IMG/VR virus record: IMGVR_UViG_3300033121_001133
Span: 64,001-128,000 of that record
Reading direction: 5' to 3' (one strand)
DNA: 64,000 nt
Source: a virus
Taxonomy: Duplodnaviria > Caudoviricetes
The translations under genes and the position numbers were made by a program. Below the pieces are notes generated by a model. It was not told the origin of the DNA. It saw nothing but the letters and a program-made list of their open reading frames with translations, and made no database searches. Positions 19,516-29,618 of the stretch are shown in pieces; positions within the stretch are counted from its first letter, which is position 1; each line of letters starts with the position of its first letter.

Positions 19516-20283
19516 ATGCCAATTGATCTAAATGCGTTAAAAGCAAAGTTACAGCAGATGCAACAATCCAGCCAGGGTGGATCCAAAAGTAGCGATTTCA
19601 TCTGGAAACCTCCCGTAGGGAAGTCACAGGTCAGGATTGTTCCCTATGCATTTGATAAGTCTAATCCGTTCATCGAGCTTCATTTCCACTATGAGATTGG
19701 AAAGAGAACGATGCTGTCTCCAATCTCCTTCGGTAAGCCAGATCCAATTGTGGAGTTCGCTGAGAAGTTGAAGCGTACTGGGGATAAGGACGACTGGAAG
19801 ATGGGTAAGAAGATCGAACCTAAGTTCCGAGTGTATGTTCCTGTGATTGTACGAGGACAGGAAAACGAGGGAGTTAAGTTTTGGTCATTTGGTAAGCAGA
19901 TCTACACCGAACTGCTGAGCGTTATTGCTGATCCTGATTATGGTGATATCAGTGATCTGATGTCAGGCCGTGACATCACCATCGAGCACGTTGCTCCAGA
20001 AAAGGAAGGAGCCTATCCCACCTTTACTGTAAGGGTTAAGCCAAACACGACTCCCGCTACAACCGACGAGGCTGTGGCTAAGATGATCACAGACGATCAG
20101 AAGGATGTTAGGACCTTGTTCACCGAATACTCTTATGATGAGCTAAAAGAAGCTCTGACTAAGTGGCTTGAGCCTGGAGCTAGCGATCCTACTCCAACTG
20201 CAGGAGGAGTTGCATCAGCACCAACGGTGTCTAAGACAAGCGACGTCACTGGAGCTTTCGAGCAGCTGTTCAACAAACAGTAA
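19516..20283 (+). CDS. Single-stranded DNA-binding protein (T4 gp32-like)
   Basis: WKP..G...VRIVP, PF.E..FHY, G.K.W.FGK.IY, D.GDI.D...GRD; next to recA. Confidence 0.8.
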   Translation: MPIDLNALKAKLQQMQQSSQGGSKSSDFIWKPPVGKSQVRIVPYAFDKSNPFIELHFHYEIGKRTMLSPISFGKPDPIVEFAEKLKRTGDKDDWKMGKKIEPKFRVYVPVIVRGQENEGVKFWSFGKQIYTELLSVIADPDYGDISDLMSGRDITIEHVAPEKEGAYPTFTVRVKPNTTPATTDEAVAKMITDDQKDVRTLFTEYSYDELKEALTKWLEPGASDPTPTAGGVASAPTVSKTSDVTGAFEQLFNKQ

Positions 20284-20286
20284 GCA

Positions 20287-21429
20287 ATGGGTAAGAAAGG
20301 AGCGACTATTCCCGAAGAGATTTCGGGAAGGGACGAGCTGGCTGCAGCTCTTGCCGAGAACCTGAACAAACAGTTTAAGGACTTCAAGGCAGCTCACTTT
20401 CTGGACGGTACAGAGGACACCCCTTCCGATTTATCGGATTGGGTGTCCTCCGGTTCCAGTAAGTTGGATCTAGCCATATCAAACAGACCAAACGGAGGAT
20501 TCCCGGTAGGCAGGATTGTGGAATTGCAGGGGATGGAGGCCTCAGGTAAGAGTTTGATCATGGCTCACGCTCTAGCCAACACCCAGAAGAAGGGTGGGCT
20601 TGCGGTTTACATTGACACGGAGAATGCGCTAAGTGATGAGTTTCTGACTGCAATTGGCGTTGATCTGAAGAACATGCTCTATCTTCCTCTGGAAACGGTT
20701 GAGGATATTTTCGAGAGCATCGAAAACATCATTGAGACCGTGCGGAAGAGTTCTCGCGATCGGCTAGTTACAATCGTAGTGGATTCCATTTCCGGAGCTT
20801 CAACTAAGATTGAGCAGGAAGCTGACTATGATAAGGATGGTTGGGCAACGTCCAAAGCCATCTTGATGTCTAAGGCGATGCGAAAGATCACTAGCACGAT
20901 TGGTAAACAGCGAGTGCTTCTACTATTTGCCTCTCAGCTGCGTGAGAAGATGGGGGTTATGTTTGGAGACAAATACACGACCTCCGGCGGAAAGGCTCTT
21001 GGATTCCACGCTAGTGTTCGGGTTAGGCTGAAGAGTCTTGGTAAGATCAAGTCTGGTAAGGGTGCTACTGAGCAAGTAATTGGATCTCAAACAGAGGCGT
21101 CGATTATCAAGAATAGGTGTGGACCGCCCTTCCGTAAGGCTGTGTTTAACATCTACTTCAATTCGGGCATTGATGATGCATCTAGTTGGCTAGAAACTCT
21201 CGTTGACTATGGTATAATCAAACAGTCAGGATCGTACTACACACTAATCAATGAGGACACAGCTGAAGAGATTCGCTTTCAATCTAAAGACTGGGTGGAG
21301 ATCCTCCAGCAGCAGCACAACAAAGACTTCTGCTATAAGAAGCTGTGCGATATCTACGTGATGAAGTATAGATCCCAGGATATGGTAGATAGGGATCAGC
21401 TGACTATAGAGGAAGACAGCGAATACTAA
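20287..21429 (+). CDS. recA: RecA/UvsX recombinase
   Basis: GG.P.GRIVEL.G.EASGKS Walker A, YIDTENAL, IVVDS, TTSGGKAL.FHASVR, KNR..PPFR. Confidence 0.95.
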   Translation: MGKKGATIPEEISGRDELAAALAENLNKQFKDFKAAHFLDGTEDTPSDLSDWVSSGSSKLDLAISNRPNGGFPVGRIVELQGMEASGKSLIMAHALANTQKKGGLAVYIDTENALSDEFLTAIGVDLKNMLYLPLETVEDIFESIENIIETVRKSSRDRLVTIVVDSISGASTKIEQEADYDKDGWATSKAILMSKAMRKITSTIGKQRVLLLFASQLREKMGVMFGDKYTTSGGKALGFHASVRVRLKSLGKIKSGKGATEQVIGSQTEASIIKNRCGPPFRKAVFNIYFNSGIDDASSWLETLVDYGIIKQSGSYYTLINEDTAEEIRFQSKDWVEILQQQHNKDFCYKKLCDIYVMKYRSQDMVDRDQLTIEEDSEY

Positions 21430-21437
21430 CATTCTAG

Positions 21438-21466
21438 TAGGAATCTTACGTGAATTTTGCTATGCT
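21438..21466 (+). promoter_or_regulatory. Sigma70-like promoter TAGGAA-N17-TATGCT
   Basis: Degenerate member of the class; ATG lies 8 nt after the -10 box. Confidence 0.4.
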
Positions 21467-21474
21467 GAAGCAGG

Positions 21475-22533
21475 ATGAAGAATTACCTTGACTTATTTAA
21501 CCGGTTACAAGCCGGCGGACCACAACAAGACGAGCACCCTAATTCCAGGGTGCTCGTTGTTGATGGACTCAACACCTTCATTAGATCGTATTCAGTTAGT
21601 CCGGTGACTAATACCAACGGAGAGCATGTGGGCGGCATAGCTGGATTCCTGCTTAGTGTTGGTCACGCAATCAAGACAATCAATCCCACTAGGGTGGTAG
21701 TTGTGTTCGATGGTAAGGATGGATCAGCCAAGAGGAGGGCTTTATACTCTGAGTACAAGGCTCATCGCAAGCTCAAGGTTCGCTTGAATCGGTCAGACTC
21801 CGTAGATAAGGAGGATAATCAACTCAAGCAGCTGATGAGAGTGCTAGACTACCTCAGCGTGCTTCCCACCACCACCCTGATTGTGGATAGATCGGAGGCC
21901 GATGATGTGATAGCTTATATTGCCAGGTCCTACTTTGAAGGTAAAGACAGTCAGGTATTTATTATGTCGTCAGATAAGGACTTCATGCAGCTAGTTGATC
22001 AGAAGACGTTTGTGTGGAGTCCAACCAAGAAGAAGCTCTTCTTTGCTGAAGACGTGTATACGGAGTTCGGTGTGATCCCAGAAAACTTTGCCCTGTATAG
22101 AGCGTTAACTGGAGATGCAAGCGATAACATTCCCGGAGTTCGTGGATTGGGCGCCAAAACCTTACTCCAGAGGTTTCCGGTGATCGCAGAGCGACAGCCT
22201 ATCCACATCGAGCAATTTTTCGACTACGTTACCGTCACATTAGACAGCAACCCCAAGTCCAAGTTACACTGTAAAGTGTTAGACTCTAAGGACGATGTAA
22301 GGACGTTCTATAAGATCACACAACTCTCTGAGAGTATGATCAGCGGGCAGCTTCGATTGGGGATCGTCGCAAGGCTGAATGAGCCAATTCATAGACTGGC
22401 TAGAGTGTCTTTTCACACCATGCTAATTGAAGATGGTATGACGCAGGCACTGAAAAATGCAGACTTCTGGCTAACTGACATAGCACAGAAACTAGATCGA
22501 TTTGCTTTAATGACCCATCAAGATAATACATAA
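21475..22533 (+). CDS. 5'-3' exonuclease / flap endonuclease (T4 RNase H-like)
   Basis: VVDG.N, VVFDG, YKA.R, EADDVI, SSDKDF.QL, GD.SDNIPGV.G.G.KT. Confidence 0.92.
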   Translation: MKNYLDLFNRLQAGGPQQDEHPNSRVLVVDGLNTFIRSYSVSPVTNTNGEHVGGIAGFLLSVGHAIKTINPTRVVVVFDGKDGSAKRRALYSEYKAHRKLKVRLNRSDSVDKEDNQLKQLMRVLDYLSVLPTTTLIVDRSEADDVIAYIARSYFEGKDSQVFIMSSDKDFMQLVDQKTFVWSPTKKKLFFAEDVYTEFGVIPENFALYRALTGDASDNIPGVRGLGAKTLLQRFPVIAERQPIHIEQFFDYVTVTLDSNPKSKLHCKVLDSKDDVRTFYKITQLSESMISGQLRLGIVARLNEPIHRLARVSFHTMLIEDGMTQALKNADFWLTDIAQKLDRFALMTHQDNT

Positions 22534-22534
22534 C

Positions 22535-23905
22535 ATGCAACAACAAGACACCCTCCAGCTTTATGGTACGGGGTTTCAGAATAAGGTTATTGTAGGCCTG
22601 CTTCGCAATAAGCAGTTTCTTCAGCAGATACAAGACGTATTAGATCCAAACTTCTTTTCCTCCGGAGGGTTGAAGTGGATTGTTACAGTGATCATGGAAC
22701 ACTTTGCTAAGTACAAGGTGCCTCCAACAATGGACGTATTCCGGATTAAGTACAACGAGGTGGATCAGGAGGTGTTGAAGACGGTGATCATCGATGCGCT
22801 CAAGGACATCTACAAGCTGGAAGAGGTTGAGGATCTGGAGTACATTCAAGATGAGACTATAAGGTTTTGTAGGAATCAAAAGCTCAAGGCAGCTATCTTG
22901 GAGTCAGTAGATCTGCTGCAACAGGGCGAGTATGATAAGATCAAAATCACCATAGATGCAGCACTTAAAGCTGGATCAGATAAGGCCATTGGGCATGAGT
23001 ATACTGTAGATGTCGAGGCTCGATTCACTGAGAATCAGCGTAATTGTATCCCAACTCCGTGGGACGTTATCAACGAGATTACGGGAGGAGGTTTGGGCGC
23101 AGGAGAGATGGCGGTGTTTGTAGCTCCTGCTGGTATTGGTAAGTCGATGGCACTGGTTAACGTTGCCGCCGATGCCGCCCGCCGAGGGTTGAACGTGATC
23201 TACTATACTCTAGAGCTGTCAGAAGCTTACGTTGGAGCTCGATTTGATTCCCACTTCACAGGAATTCCATCAGGCGATCTAAAATTCCATCAAGACGAGG
23301 TGAGAAAGGCAGTTGGCCAGCTTAAGGGAACTCTCACTATTAAGGGATATCCTACCAAGACTGCGACCGTTAACACTCTATCTGCTCACATTGATAAATG
23401 CATAATGCGAGGAATCAAGCCAGATCTAGTGCTTGTGGATTATGCTGACCTTCTTCGAGATGTTGGAGGCCGTTCACGTGATGTGCGAAACGATATCATG
23501 CTAGGAAACATATACGAGGATCTGCGCGGACTAGCAGGATTGTATAACATTCCATTATACACAGCTTCTCAAGCAAACAGATCGGCTTTGGAACAGGATA
23601 TTATTGAGGCTGATAAGATCGCTGAGGCTTATTCCAAGGTGATGGTGGCCGATGTGGTAATATCTCTCTCACGAAAGGTGTCGGATAAGATTAGTGGCAC
23701 CGGTAGATGGCACGTAATTAAGAACCGATTTGGACCCGATGGATTAACCTTCCCAAGCAAGATGAATATGTCAGCAGCTAGCATTAGCATATTTGCAGAG
23801 ACCTCTGTCCAAGGTAAAGAGGTCAAGGGCATGATGCAGAATAACGCCGAGGTGACTAGACAGGCGCTGGCTAATAAGTTTGCTGAATTAGGTGGTATGA
23901 TTTGA
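22535..23905 (+). CDS. dnaB: Replicative DNA helicase (DnaB / gp41-like)
   Basis: APAGIGKS Walker A, YYTLEL, VLVDYADL, TASQANR, KNRFG. Confidence 0.92.
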   Translation: MQQQDTLQLYGTGFQNKVIVGLLRNKQFLQQIQDVLDPNFFSSGGLKWIVTVIMEHFAKYKVPPTMDVFRIKYNEVDQEVLKTVIIDALKDIYKLEEVEDLEYIQDETIRFCRNQKLKAAILESVDLLQQGEYDKIKITIDAALKAGSDKAIGHEYTVDVEARFTENQRNCIPTPWDVINEITGGGLGAGEMAVFVAPAGIGKSMALVNVAADAARRGLNVIYYTLELSEAYVGARFDSHFTGIPSGDLKFHQDEVRKAVGQLKGTLTIKGYPTKTATVNTLSAHIDKCIMRGIKPDLVLVDYADLLRDVGGRSRDVRNDIMLGNIYEDLRGLAGLYNIPLYTASQANRSALEQDIIEADKIAEAYSKVMVADVVISLSRKVSDKISGTGRWHVIKNRFGPDGLTFPSKMNMSAASISIFAETSVQGKEVKGMMQNNAEVTRQALANKFAELGGMI

Positions 23906-23913
23906 TGCGTAGC

Positions 23914-23923
23914 CTATTTATAA
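23914..23923 (+). promoter_or_regulatory. Late-type promoter motif CTATTTATAA
   Basis: Recurring motif upstream of the nrdJ-endolysin-dUTPase run. Confidence 0.5.
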
Positions 23924-23942
23924 ACACAACAACCCTCTAGAA

Positions 23943-25799
23943 ATGGAATTATCCAGCCGAATTTTAAGCGATATCACTGTCTTTGCTAAGTATGCCCGCT
24001 ACATTCCCGAGCTAAATAGGCGGGAGACGTGGGATGAGATTGTCTCTAGAAACATGGATATGCATATCAAGCGATATCCTCAGCTAGCTGATGAGATTAG
24101 GCAGGTTTACAGGTTTGTGTATGATAGGAAGGTTCTTCCTTCTATGAGGTCTATGCAATTTGCTGGTAAGCCAATTGAGATTGCCCCTAGTAGGATTTTT
24201 AATTGTGCGTTTGCTCCAGTTGACCATATTAGGGCGTTTAGTGAAATCATGTTCCTACTATTGGGAGGAACAGGTGTAGGGTTTTCAGTACAAAAGCACC
24301 ACATAGAAAATCTACCGGACATCCACAAGCCAACTCCAGGCAAGACTCGACGCTATCTAATCGGTGATAGTATTGAGGGCTGGGCTGATGCTGTTAAGGT
24401 GCTAATCAAGAGCTATTTCTCAGGTGGTCCTAAGATCAACTTCGACTTCTCGGACATTCGACCAAAAGGAGCTCGACTGATCACCTCTGGAGGAAAGGCT
24501 CCTGGCCCTCAGCCTCTTAAGGAATGTTTAGTTAAGATCCAGGGTATTCTGGATACTAAGCAGGATGGGGATAAGTTAAAGTCAATTGAGGTGCATGATA
24601 TCATCTGCCATATTGCTGATGCTGTATTAGCTGGGGGTATTCGTCGTGCCGCTTTGATCAGCCTATTCAGTGCCGATGACGAGGAGATGATAGCGTGTAA
24701 GGCAGGAAATTGGTGGGAAACCAATCCTCAAAGGGGGCGAGCTAACAATTCAGCAGTACTCGTCAGACATAGGCTAACTAAGGGCTTTTTTATGAAGCTG
24801 TGGGAGCGAATTGAGCTGTCTGGTGCCGGGGAGCCTGGAATCTACCTAACCAACAATCAGCAATGGGGAACTAACCCCTGCGCGGAGATTGCTCTGAGGC
24901 CCTATCAATTCTGCAATCTATGTGAGGTCAATGTTAGTGATCTAATCTCTCAAGAGGACTTTGAGCAGCGAGTTAGAGCAGCAGCTTTTATTGGAACTTT
25001 GCAGGCAGGATATACCAATTTCCATTACCTGCGTGAGGTGTGGAAACACACTACAGAAAAGGATGCTCTAATCGGAGTGTCAATGACCGGTATTGGGTCT
25101 GGAGTGGTGCTGAATTACGATATGGAAGCGGCCGCTAAGGTCGTGGTGGAAGAGAACGCTCGCGTGGCTGATCTAATTGGTATCAATCGAGCAGCTAGAA
25201 CTACTACAGTTAAGCCGGCCGGCACCACCTCCCTAACTTTAGGCACCTCCTCAGGAATCCACGCGTGGCACAACGATTATTACGTTCGCAGGCTAAGACT
25301 GGGCAAGAATGAGGCAGTCTACACCTACTTGTCCATCTACCACCCTGAACTACTAGAAGATGACTTCTTCCGTCCGCACGATACCGCAATCGCGTCAATT
25401 CCTCAAAAGGCTCCGGAAGGAGCGATTCTGAGATCGGAATCCCCTCTAGATCTCCTGGAACGAGTTAAAACTGTGTATGAGAAGTGGATCGTTCCAGGGC
25501 ATGTCGACGGAAGCAATACTCACAACGTTTCAGCCACAATCAGCTTAAAGCCGGAGGATTGGGAGCCTGTAGGGCAGTGGATGTGGGAGAATCGGGATAA
25601 GTATAATGGTTTGTCGGTATTGCCGTACAGCGATTCGACCTATGTTCAGATGCCCTTTACCGACTGCACAAAGGAGGAGTACGAGAGGTTGAATGCTACT
25701 TTGAAAGAGGTAGATTTATCAAAGGTAGTTGAGATAGATGATAACACAGAGCTCAAGGAAAATCTAGCATGTGCTGGATCGAGCTGCGAGATTAAATGA
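23943..25799 (+). CDS. nrdJ: Class II (adenosylcobalamin-dependent) ribonucleotide reductase
   Basis: FNCAF, GGIRRAALI, TNPCAEI, FCNLCE, TTVKPAGT, C-terminal ACAGSSCEI; no beta-subunit gene nearby. Confidence 0.92.
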   Translation: MELSSRILSDITVFAKYARYIPELNRRETWDEIVSRNMDMHIKRYPQLADEIRQVYRFVYDRKVLPSMRSMQFAGKPIEIAPSRIFNCAFAPVDHIRAFSEIMFLLLGGTGVGFSVQKHHIENLPDIHKPTPGKTRRYLIGDSIEGWADAVKVLIKSYFSGGPKINFDFSDIRPKGARLITSGGKAPGPQPLKECLVKIQGILDTKQDGDKLKSIEVHDIICHIADAVLAGGIRRAALISLFSADDEEMIACKAGNWWETNPQRGRANNSAVLVRHRLTKGFFMKLWERIELSGAGEPGIYLTNNQQWGTNPCAEIALRPYQFCNLCEVNVSDLISQEDFEQRVRAAAFIGTLQAGYTNFHYLREVWKHTTEKDALIGVSMTGIGSGVVLNYDMEAAAKVVVEENARVADLIGINRAARTTTVKPAGTTSLTLGTSSGIHAWHNDYYVRRLRLGKNEAVYTYLSIYHPELLEDDFFRPHDTAIASIPQKAPEGAILRSESPLDLLERVKTVYEKWIVPGHVDGSNTHNVSATISLKPEDWEPVGQWMWENRDKYNGLSVLPYSDSTYVQMPFTDCTKEEYERLNATLKEVDLSKVVEIDDNTELKENLACAGSSCEIK

Positions 25800-25800
25800 T

Positions 25801-26643
25801 ATGGCTATGTTAGTACAAGGATCACAGGGAAGTAAGGTTATTAAGGTCCAGCAGAGGCTTGGCATACGAGCAGATGGGGATTATGGTCCTCAAACTAAGG
25901 CTACGGTCAAGGCCTGGCAGAAAGCTAATGGGCTACCTCCCACAGGAGTGGTGGATTCAGATACCTGGAATAGGATGTTTGATAGTGTTGCGGACGTGGA
26001 GGTTACACCACAAGCAGCGCCTCCAACGCAGCCTGAGGCAGTCCCGCAGACTCGGACCTTTGACATTATTTTCAAGGACCATCTTCCACCATCCGTAATT
26101 GCAGAGTTGTCTACTATTGTGAAGTTAGGAGGTGATACTAATCTCAAAATGGCACACTTCCTTGCTCAATGTGCACACGAGTCAGGAGACTTCAAGCTAG
26201 TTCAGGAGAATCTGAAATACTCGGCTGCTAGATTGCAGCAAATCTTCCCGAAGTACTTCCCTGGAGACCTTGAAGCTGAGTATGCTGGTAAGCCTGAGAA
26301 GATTGCTTCGCGGGTTTATGCTGATCGATTGGGTAATGGTAACGAGGCTTCGGGAGATGGGTGGAAGTACCGAGGTAGGGGCTATATTCAACTGACTGGC
26401 AAGTCAAACTACCAGGCATTCAGCGCGTTTATTGGAGAGGACTGTGTAGCTAATCCTGACTTAGTTGCAACTAAATACCCACTAGCATCGGCAGGATTCT
26501 TCTTTCAGAGGAACGACTTGTGGGATTTGTGTCTAGATAGATCAGACGCGACTGTTGAGAAAATCACACGAAAGGTTAACGGAGGGACTCACGGTCTGGA
26601 GGATAGGATTGCGAAGTTCCGACACTTCAATTCCTTGCTATGA
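25801..26643 (+). CDS. Endolysin: peptidoglycan-binding domain plus GH19 catalytic domain
   Basis: G..V..VQ..LG..ADG.YG..T...V..WQ binding domain; FLAQCAHES, YRGRG.IQLTG..NY, T..VNGG..GL.DR. Start set at ATG 25801. Confidence 0.9.
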   Translation: MAMLVQGSQGSKVIKVQQRLGIRADGDYGPQTKATVKAWQKANGLPPTGVVDSDTWNRMFDSVADVEVTPQAAPPTQPEAVPQTRTFDIIFKDHLPPSVIAELSTIVKLGGDTNLKMAHFLAQCAHESGDFKLVQENLKYSAARLQQIFPKYFPGDLEAEYAGKPEKIASRVYADRLGNGNEASGDGWKYRGRGYIQLTGKSNYQAFSAFIGEDCVANPDLVATKYPLASAGFFFQRNDLWDLCLDRSDATVEKITRKVNGGTHGLEDRIAKFRHFNSLL

Positions 26644-27065
26644 AAGTTCGATTCAAGTTGCTCAGGCCCGATGCGGTTCTTCCCCAGTATGCAAAGCCCG
26701 GTGATGCGGGAATGGATTTAGTGGCAGTTAGTATACCTACGAACACGACTTTTCAGATTACCTATGGGTTAGGACTTGCTTGTGAGATCCCTGAGGGATT
26801 TGTTGGATTGCTTTTTCCCAGATCCTCGATTAGGAATTATGAGCTGCAGTTAGCTAACTCTGTAGGAGTGATTGACTCCGGTTACCGGGGAGAGTTGCAG
26901 GTGACCTTCAATAAAACCAGTGGGTTAGGCTCTCTCTGTTACAACAGAGGAGATAAGGTGGCTCAGCTAATGATTCTACCTTTCCCTTGCATAGAGGTGG
27001 TGGTTGCTGATCAGTTGAGTATTACTGAGCGTGGCGAAGGAGGATTTGGAAGCACTGGAAGGTGA
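26640..27065 (+). CDS. dut: Trimeric dUTPase
   Basis: All five motifs present: AGMDL, PRSS, GVIDSGYRGE, GDKVAQL, RGEGGFGSTG. Confidence 0.95.
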   Translation: MKVRFKLLRPDAVLPQYAKPGDAGMDLVAVSIPTNTTFQITYGLGLACEIPEGFVGLLFPRSSIRNYELQLANSVGVIDSGYRGELQVTFNKTSGLGSLCYNRGDKVAQLMILPFPCIEVVVADQLSITERGEGGFGSTGR

Positions 27066-27075
27066 CTACTTATTA
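27066..27075 (+). promoter_or_regulatory. Late-type promoter motif CTACTTATTA
   Basis: Fills the 12-nt gap between dut and ATG 27078. Confidence 0.55.
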
Positions 27076-27077
27076 CC

Positions 27078-28799
27078 ATGCGTACACTAGATCCAGAGAC
27101 TATTGAGGACATCTTACTGGAGTGGAGTTATAGACTTCCCAATGGAATCCCCACCATTGGTGAGGGTGTGATAGGTACCTTTGAGGAGGTGGAGTTACTA
27201 AACCAGATTCTACAGGAGAGGGGTTTAGACCCGATTCCAAACAGCAATCCACCTCAACCAATCGAAGAGGCTGCAGTTTCACTTGGAAGTGATCCAACCG
27301 ACACTAAGGAGGGCCTGGTATGCCTCTTAGTTGATGCAGGGCTGACAGATCCTCAGCTTTTTCAGAGCTATAGAGCTCTGCTAGACAAGAAGCTAGATCC
27401 AAAGACACGCGCTAAAGGAAGTAAGCAGCTAGTAGATAAGCTGAAGTGGACATATAAGCGATATGGTAGTCACTACAAGTCTCCCGGTCTAGTAAATGCG
27501 GCTAGCTGGATAGAGCACACTTTGAGGGATGTTTCTAAGAAGACTGTGGATCTAGTCACATTGAATAATGCAGTAGCCGCCGCCGATGCAATTTGCCTTC
27601 GATTTGGATCACTGGCGAAGCCAGGGCACGTACATAGAGATTCCCTGTTCGGGTCGATTCGAAAAAAAGCAGTCCAGCTGATTGACTCAAACTACCAAAT
27701 CAAAGGCTACTTGCCTGACAACTGGTGTCCTGGAGATATCTACCTAATACTCAATCCAAGTGGGGTGGATGCATCACTGAAGGCTAGTTCACTAAATATA
27801 GGTGCTAAGTCTCTCAATGCTCAGTTTTACGGATCGGACAATAAGAAGGCTCCGATAGTCGCCCTATCCTTAAAGATGGAGAGTGCGCAGGGTGGAAAGG
27901 GGACTACCTTCCTAAAGACTGTGATAGTGCAGGGAGTCTCCAAAGAGGAGATGGTAGGGGGTGCAGCAGAAACCAAATCGTTAATCCTATTCCGCAACGT
28001 TAAGAGGCACCTAACCAAGTATTATCTGCAGTCTGATGCTTGGAGGAAGAGCGATCTGATACTAGATAAGGTGCGAAAGTCGTTGATTGCACTGAAGTTG
28101 CCAGATGCACCAACCAAACCTACGGAGATAGCGAAGCTTAAGGTATACCTCAAGAATAACAAGGATGCGATTACACAGGCAATTACAAAAATTGACCGTA
28201 AGCTGTCAGGGTCCCTAAACGTGGTCTCCACGTTTCAGCAGGCATACACCAACTTCATTAACAACCTAAAGTCGAAGAACATCACTAAGATCAAGGGTAA
28301 TGCTTTAGACTTCATCAAATCAATCGAGCAGGCTAACCGTCAGGCCAATGGTGGAAAGCTGAACTTGGTGCAGTATAATGAGATGTTAGCACAAAAGGCT
28401 GCCACCTACAAGCTAGCGTCTTCCCTAATGGAGAAGTGGACCGATAAGACCAAGAAAGTCTCTCCTGCATTTGCAGAGCACCTGAAGAAGGTTAAGAATC
28501 CCTTCGTAGCAATCACCTTATATGCTATTGCTCAGCACGGCCTTAATCCTAACTTCTTTAAGGTGGTGGGTAAGGATAGTGGTGCTACAGGTAGCTTGGA
28601 TGAGTTCCCATCAAACTCTCAAGTTGATGAGACTATGTCCGCAGACTCCTTGGAGATTAAAGACTCTCCAAGTAGAGCTGGGTTCAACATTGAGTACATG
28701 CTGAATATCAACAGTCACGTCTACAAGACCACTTTATCTTTCCGATTTGCTAGCTCAACGATCCGCGTAGAGGTTAATCGATTGGAGCGTGTTGGTTGA
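27078..28799 (+). CDS. Putative PD-(D/E)xK restriction-like nuclease with virion-type leader
   Basis: TKEGLVC helix, NWCPGDIY and VALSLK in the order expected for E..PD..(S/E)xK nucleases; N-terminal DILLEWSYR; preceded by the late motif. Confidence 0.45.
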   Translation: MRTLDPETIEDILLEWSYRLPNGIPTIGEGVIGTFEEVELLNQILQERGLDPIPNSNPPQPIEEAAVSLGSDPTDTKEGLVCLLVDAGLTDPQLFQSYRALLDKKLDPKTRAKGSKQLVDKLKWTYKRYGSHYKSPGLVNAASWIEHTLRDVSKKTVDLVTLNNAVAAADAICLRFGSLAKPGHVHRDSLFGSIRKKAVQLIDSNYQIKGYLPDNWCPGDIYLILNPSGVDASLKASSLNIGAKSLNAQFYGSDNKKAPIVALSLKMESAQGGKGTTFLKTVIVQGVSKEEMVGGAAETKSLILFRNVKRHLTKYYLQSDAWRKSDLILDKVRKSLIALKLPDAPTKPTEIAKLKVYLKNNKDAITQAITKIDRKLSGSLNVVSTFQQAYTNFINNLKSKNITKIKGNALDFIKSIEQANRQANGGKLNLVQYNEMLAQKAATYKLASSLMEKWTDKTKKVSPAFAEHLKKVKNPFVAITLYAIAQHGLNPNFFKVVGKDSGATGSLDEFPSNSQVDETMSADSLEIKDSPSRAGFNIEYMLNINSHVYKTTLSFRFASSTIRVEVNRLERVG

Positions 28800-28820
28800 T
28801 TGAAAGGAGATTGTTATATT
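28792..28820 (+). promoter_or_regulatory. Sigma70-like promoter TTGGTT-N17-TATATT, near-leaderless
   Basis: -35 at 28792-28797, -10 at 28815-28820, ATG at 28828. Confidence 0.65.
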
Positions 28821-28827
28821 AGGTGAA

Positions 28828-29118
28828 ATGTATTACCCCACAGTAGCCTTTGAAGGAGGAGTTTACCAGGTGCTTAGAGTATTCCGAGAGCACAAGGACT
28901 TCCCCACTCAGGATATGAGAGAGTACTTAGGAGTATGCGATAAGGTGCTGAGGTTACACGGCAAGTTATACTTCTGCCGCTCGATACCAGAGGTCGAATT
29001 TGAAGAGATTCAGCAAGATGAGCAAGTTCAATTGGTGGAGGAGGGGACACAAGGCCAGACCGAAGTTAACCCCAGCCCAGCTGAAGAAGGGCAGATCCAA
29101 GCTACTGCAGCAGATTGA
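28828..29118 (+). CDS. Hypothetical protein
   Basis: ORF directly behind the promoter; D.VLR..GKLYFC..I.E. Confidence 0.55.
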   Translation: MYYPTVAFEGGVYQVLRVFREHKDFPTQDMREYLGVCDKVLRLHGKLYFCRSIPEVEFEEIQQDEQVQLVEEGTQGQTEVNPSPAEEGQIQATAAD

Positions 29119-29455
29119 GCATGGGGACTTTGAGCTGAGTCCTTATCGCCAGCTAGCTGAGCGCGAGCTTGAAATTGCAGTGCAGCGGAAGGATCAGATA
29201 ACAGCTGGATGGAAGGGAGGTCAGGATAGCTTAAAAGAAAAGCTGTCAGAGGTTGACTTTCTAACTCAGAAGAGGTATAATAGATTGTATGAAGATTTTC
29301 ACACCCAAGAGCAGCGAATGCTAGAGGAGCTTAGGCGTCGATTGATCTCCGAATTCAAGGTTGATATCTGGGATCAAGTCCTACAAGAGCGAGAAGATTT
29401 AAGTACAGTTGAGTTCTATCATAAATACAAGCAATATGCAACACAAGCAGCCTGA
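29018..29455 (+). CDS. Hypothetical protein
   Basis: ATG 29018; F.WWRR...LL..IE.GDFE.SPY; helical. Confidence 0.55.
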   Translation: MSKFNWWRRGHKARPKLTPAQLKKGRSKLLQQIEHGDFELSPYRQLAERELEIAVQRKDQITAGWKGGQDSLKEKLSEVDFLTQKRYNRLYEDFHTQEQRMLEELRRRLISEFKVDIWDQVLQEREDLSTVEFYHKYKQYATQAA

Positions 29456-29600
29456 TCCAAAAGCCCACAAAGTGCTTAGTTTCGTCAAGTCCGGAATTCG
29501 TATTATTGGATGCGCCGTCCTCTCAACGGGAAACCTACCAGCTGCCGCCGGGGCATTCACTCTAGCAGAGGTTGTTGGGATTGTGGAGGAATTGGTGTAA
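29436..29600 (+). CDS. Small membrane protein
   Basis: ATG 29436; H..SFVKS.IRI.G...AE..GI.EELV hydrophobic hairpin. Confidence 0.55.
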   Translation: MQHKQPDPKAHKVLSFVKSGIRIIGCAVLSTGNLPAAAGAFTLAEVVGIVEELV

Positions 29601-29618
29601 GTTTAATATAGTGCATTC

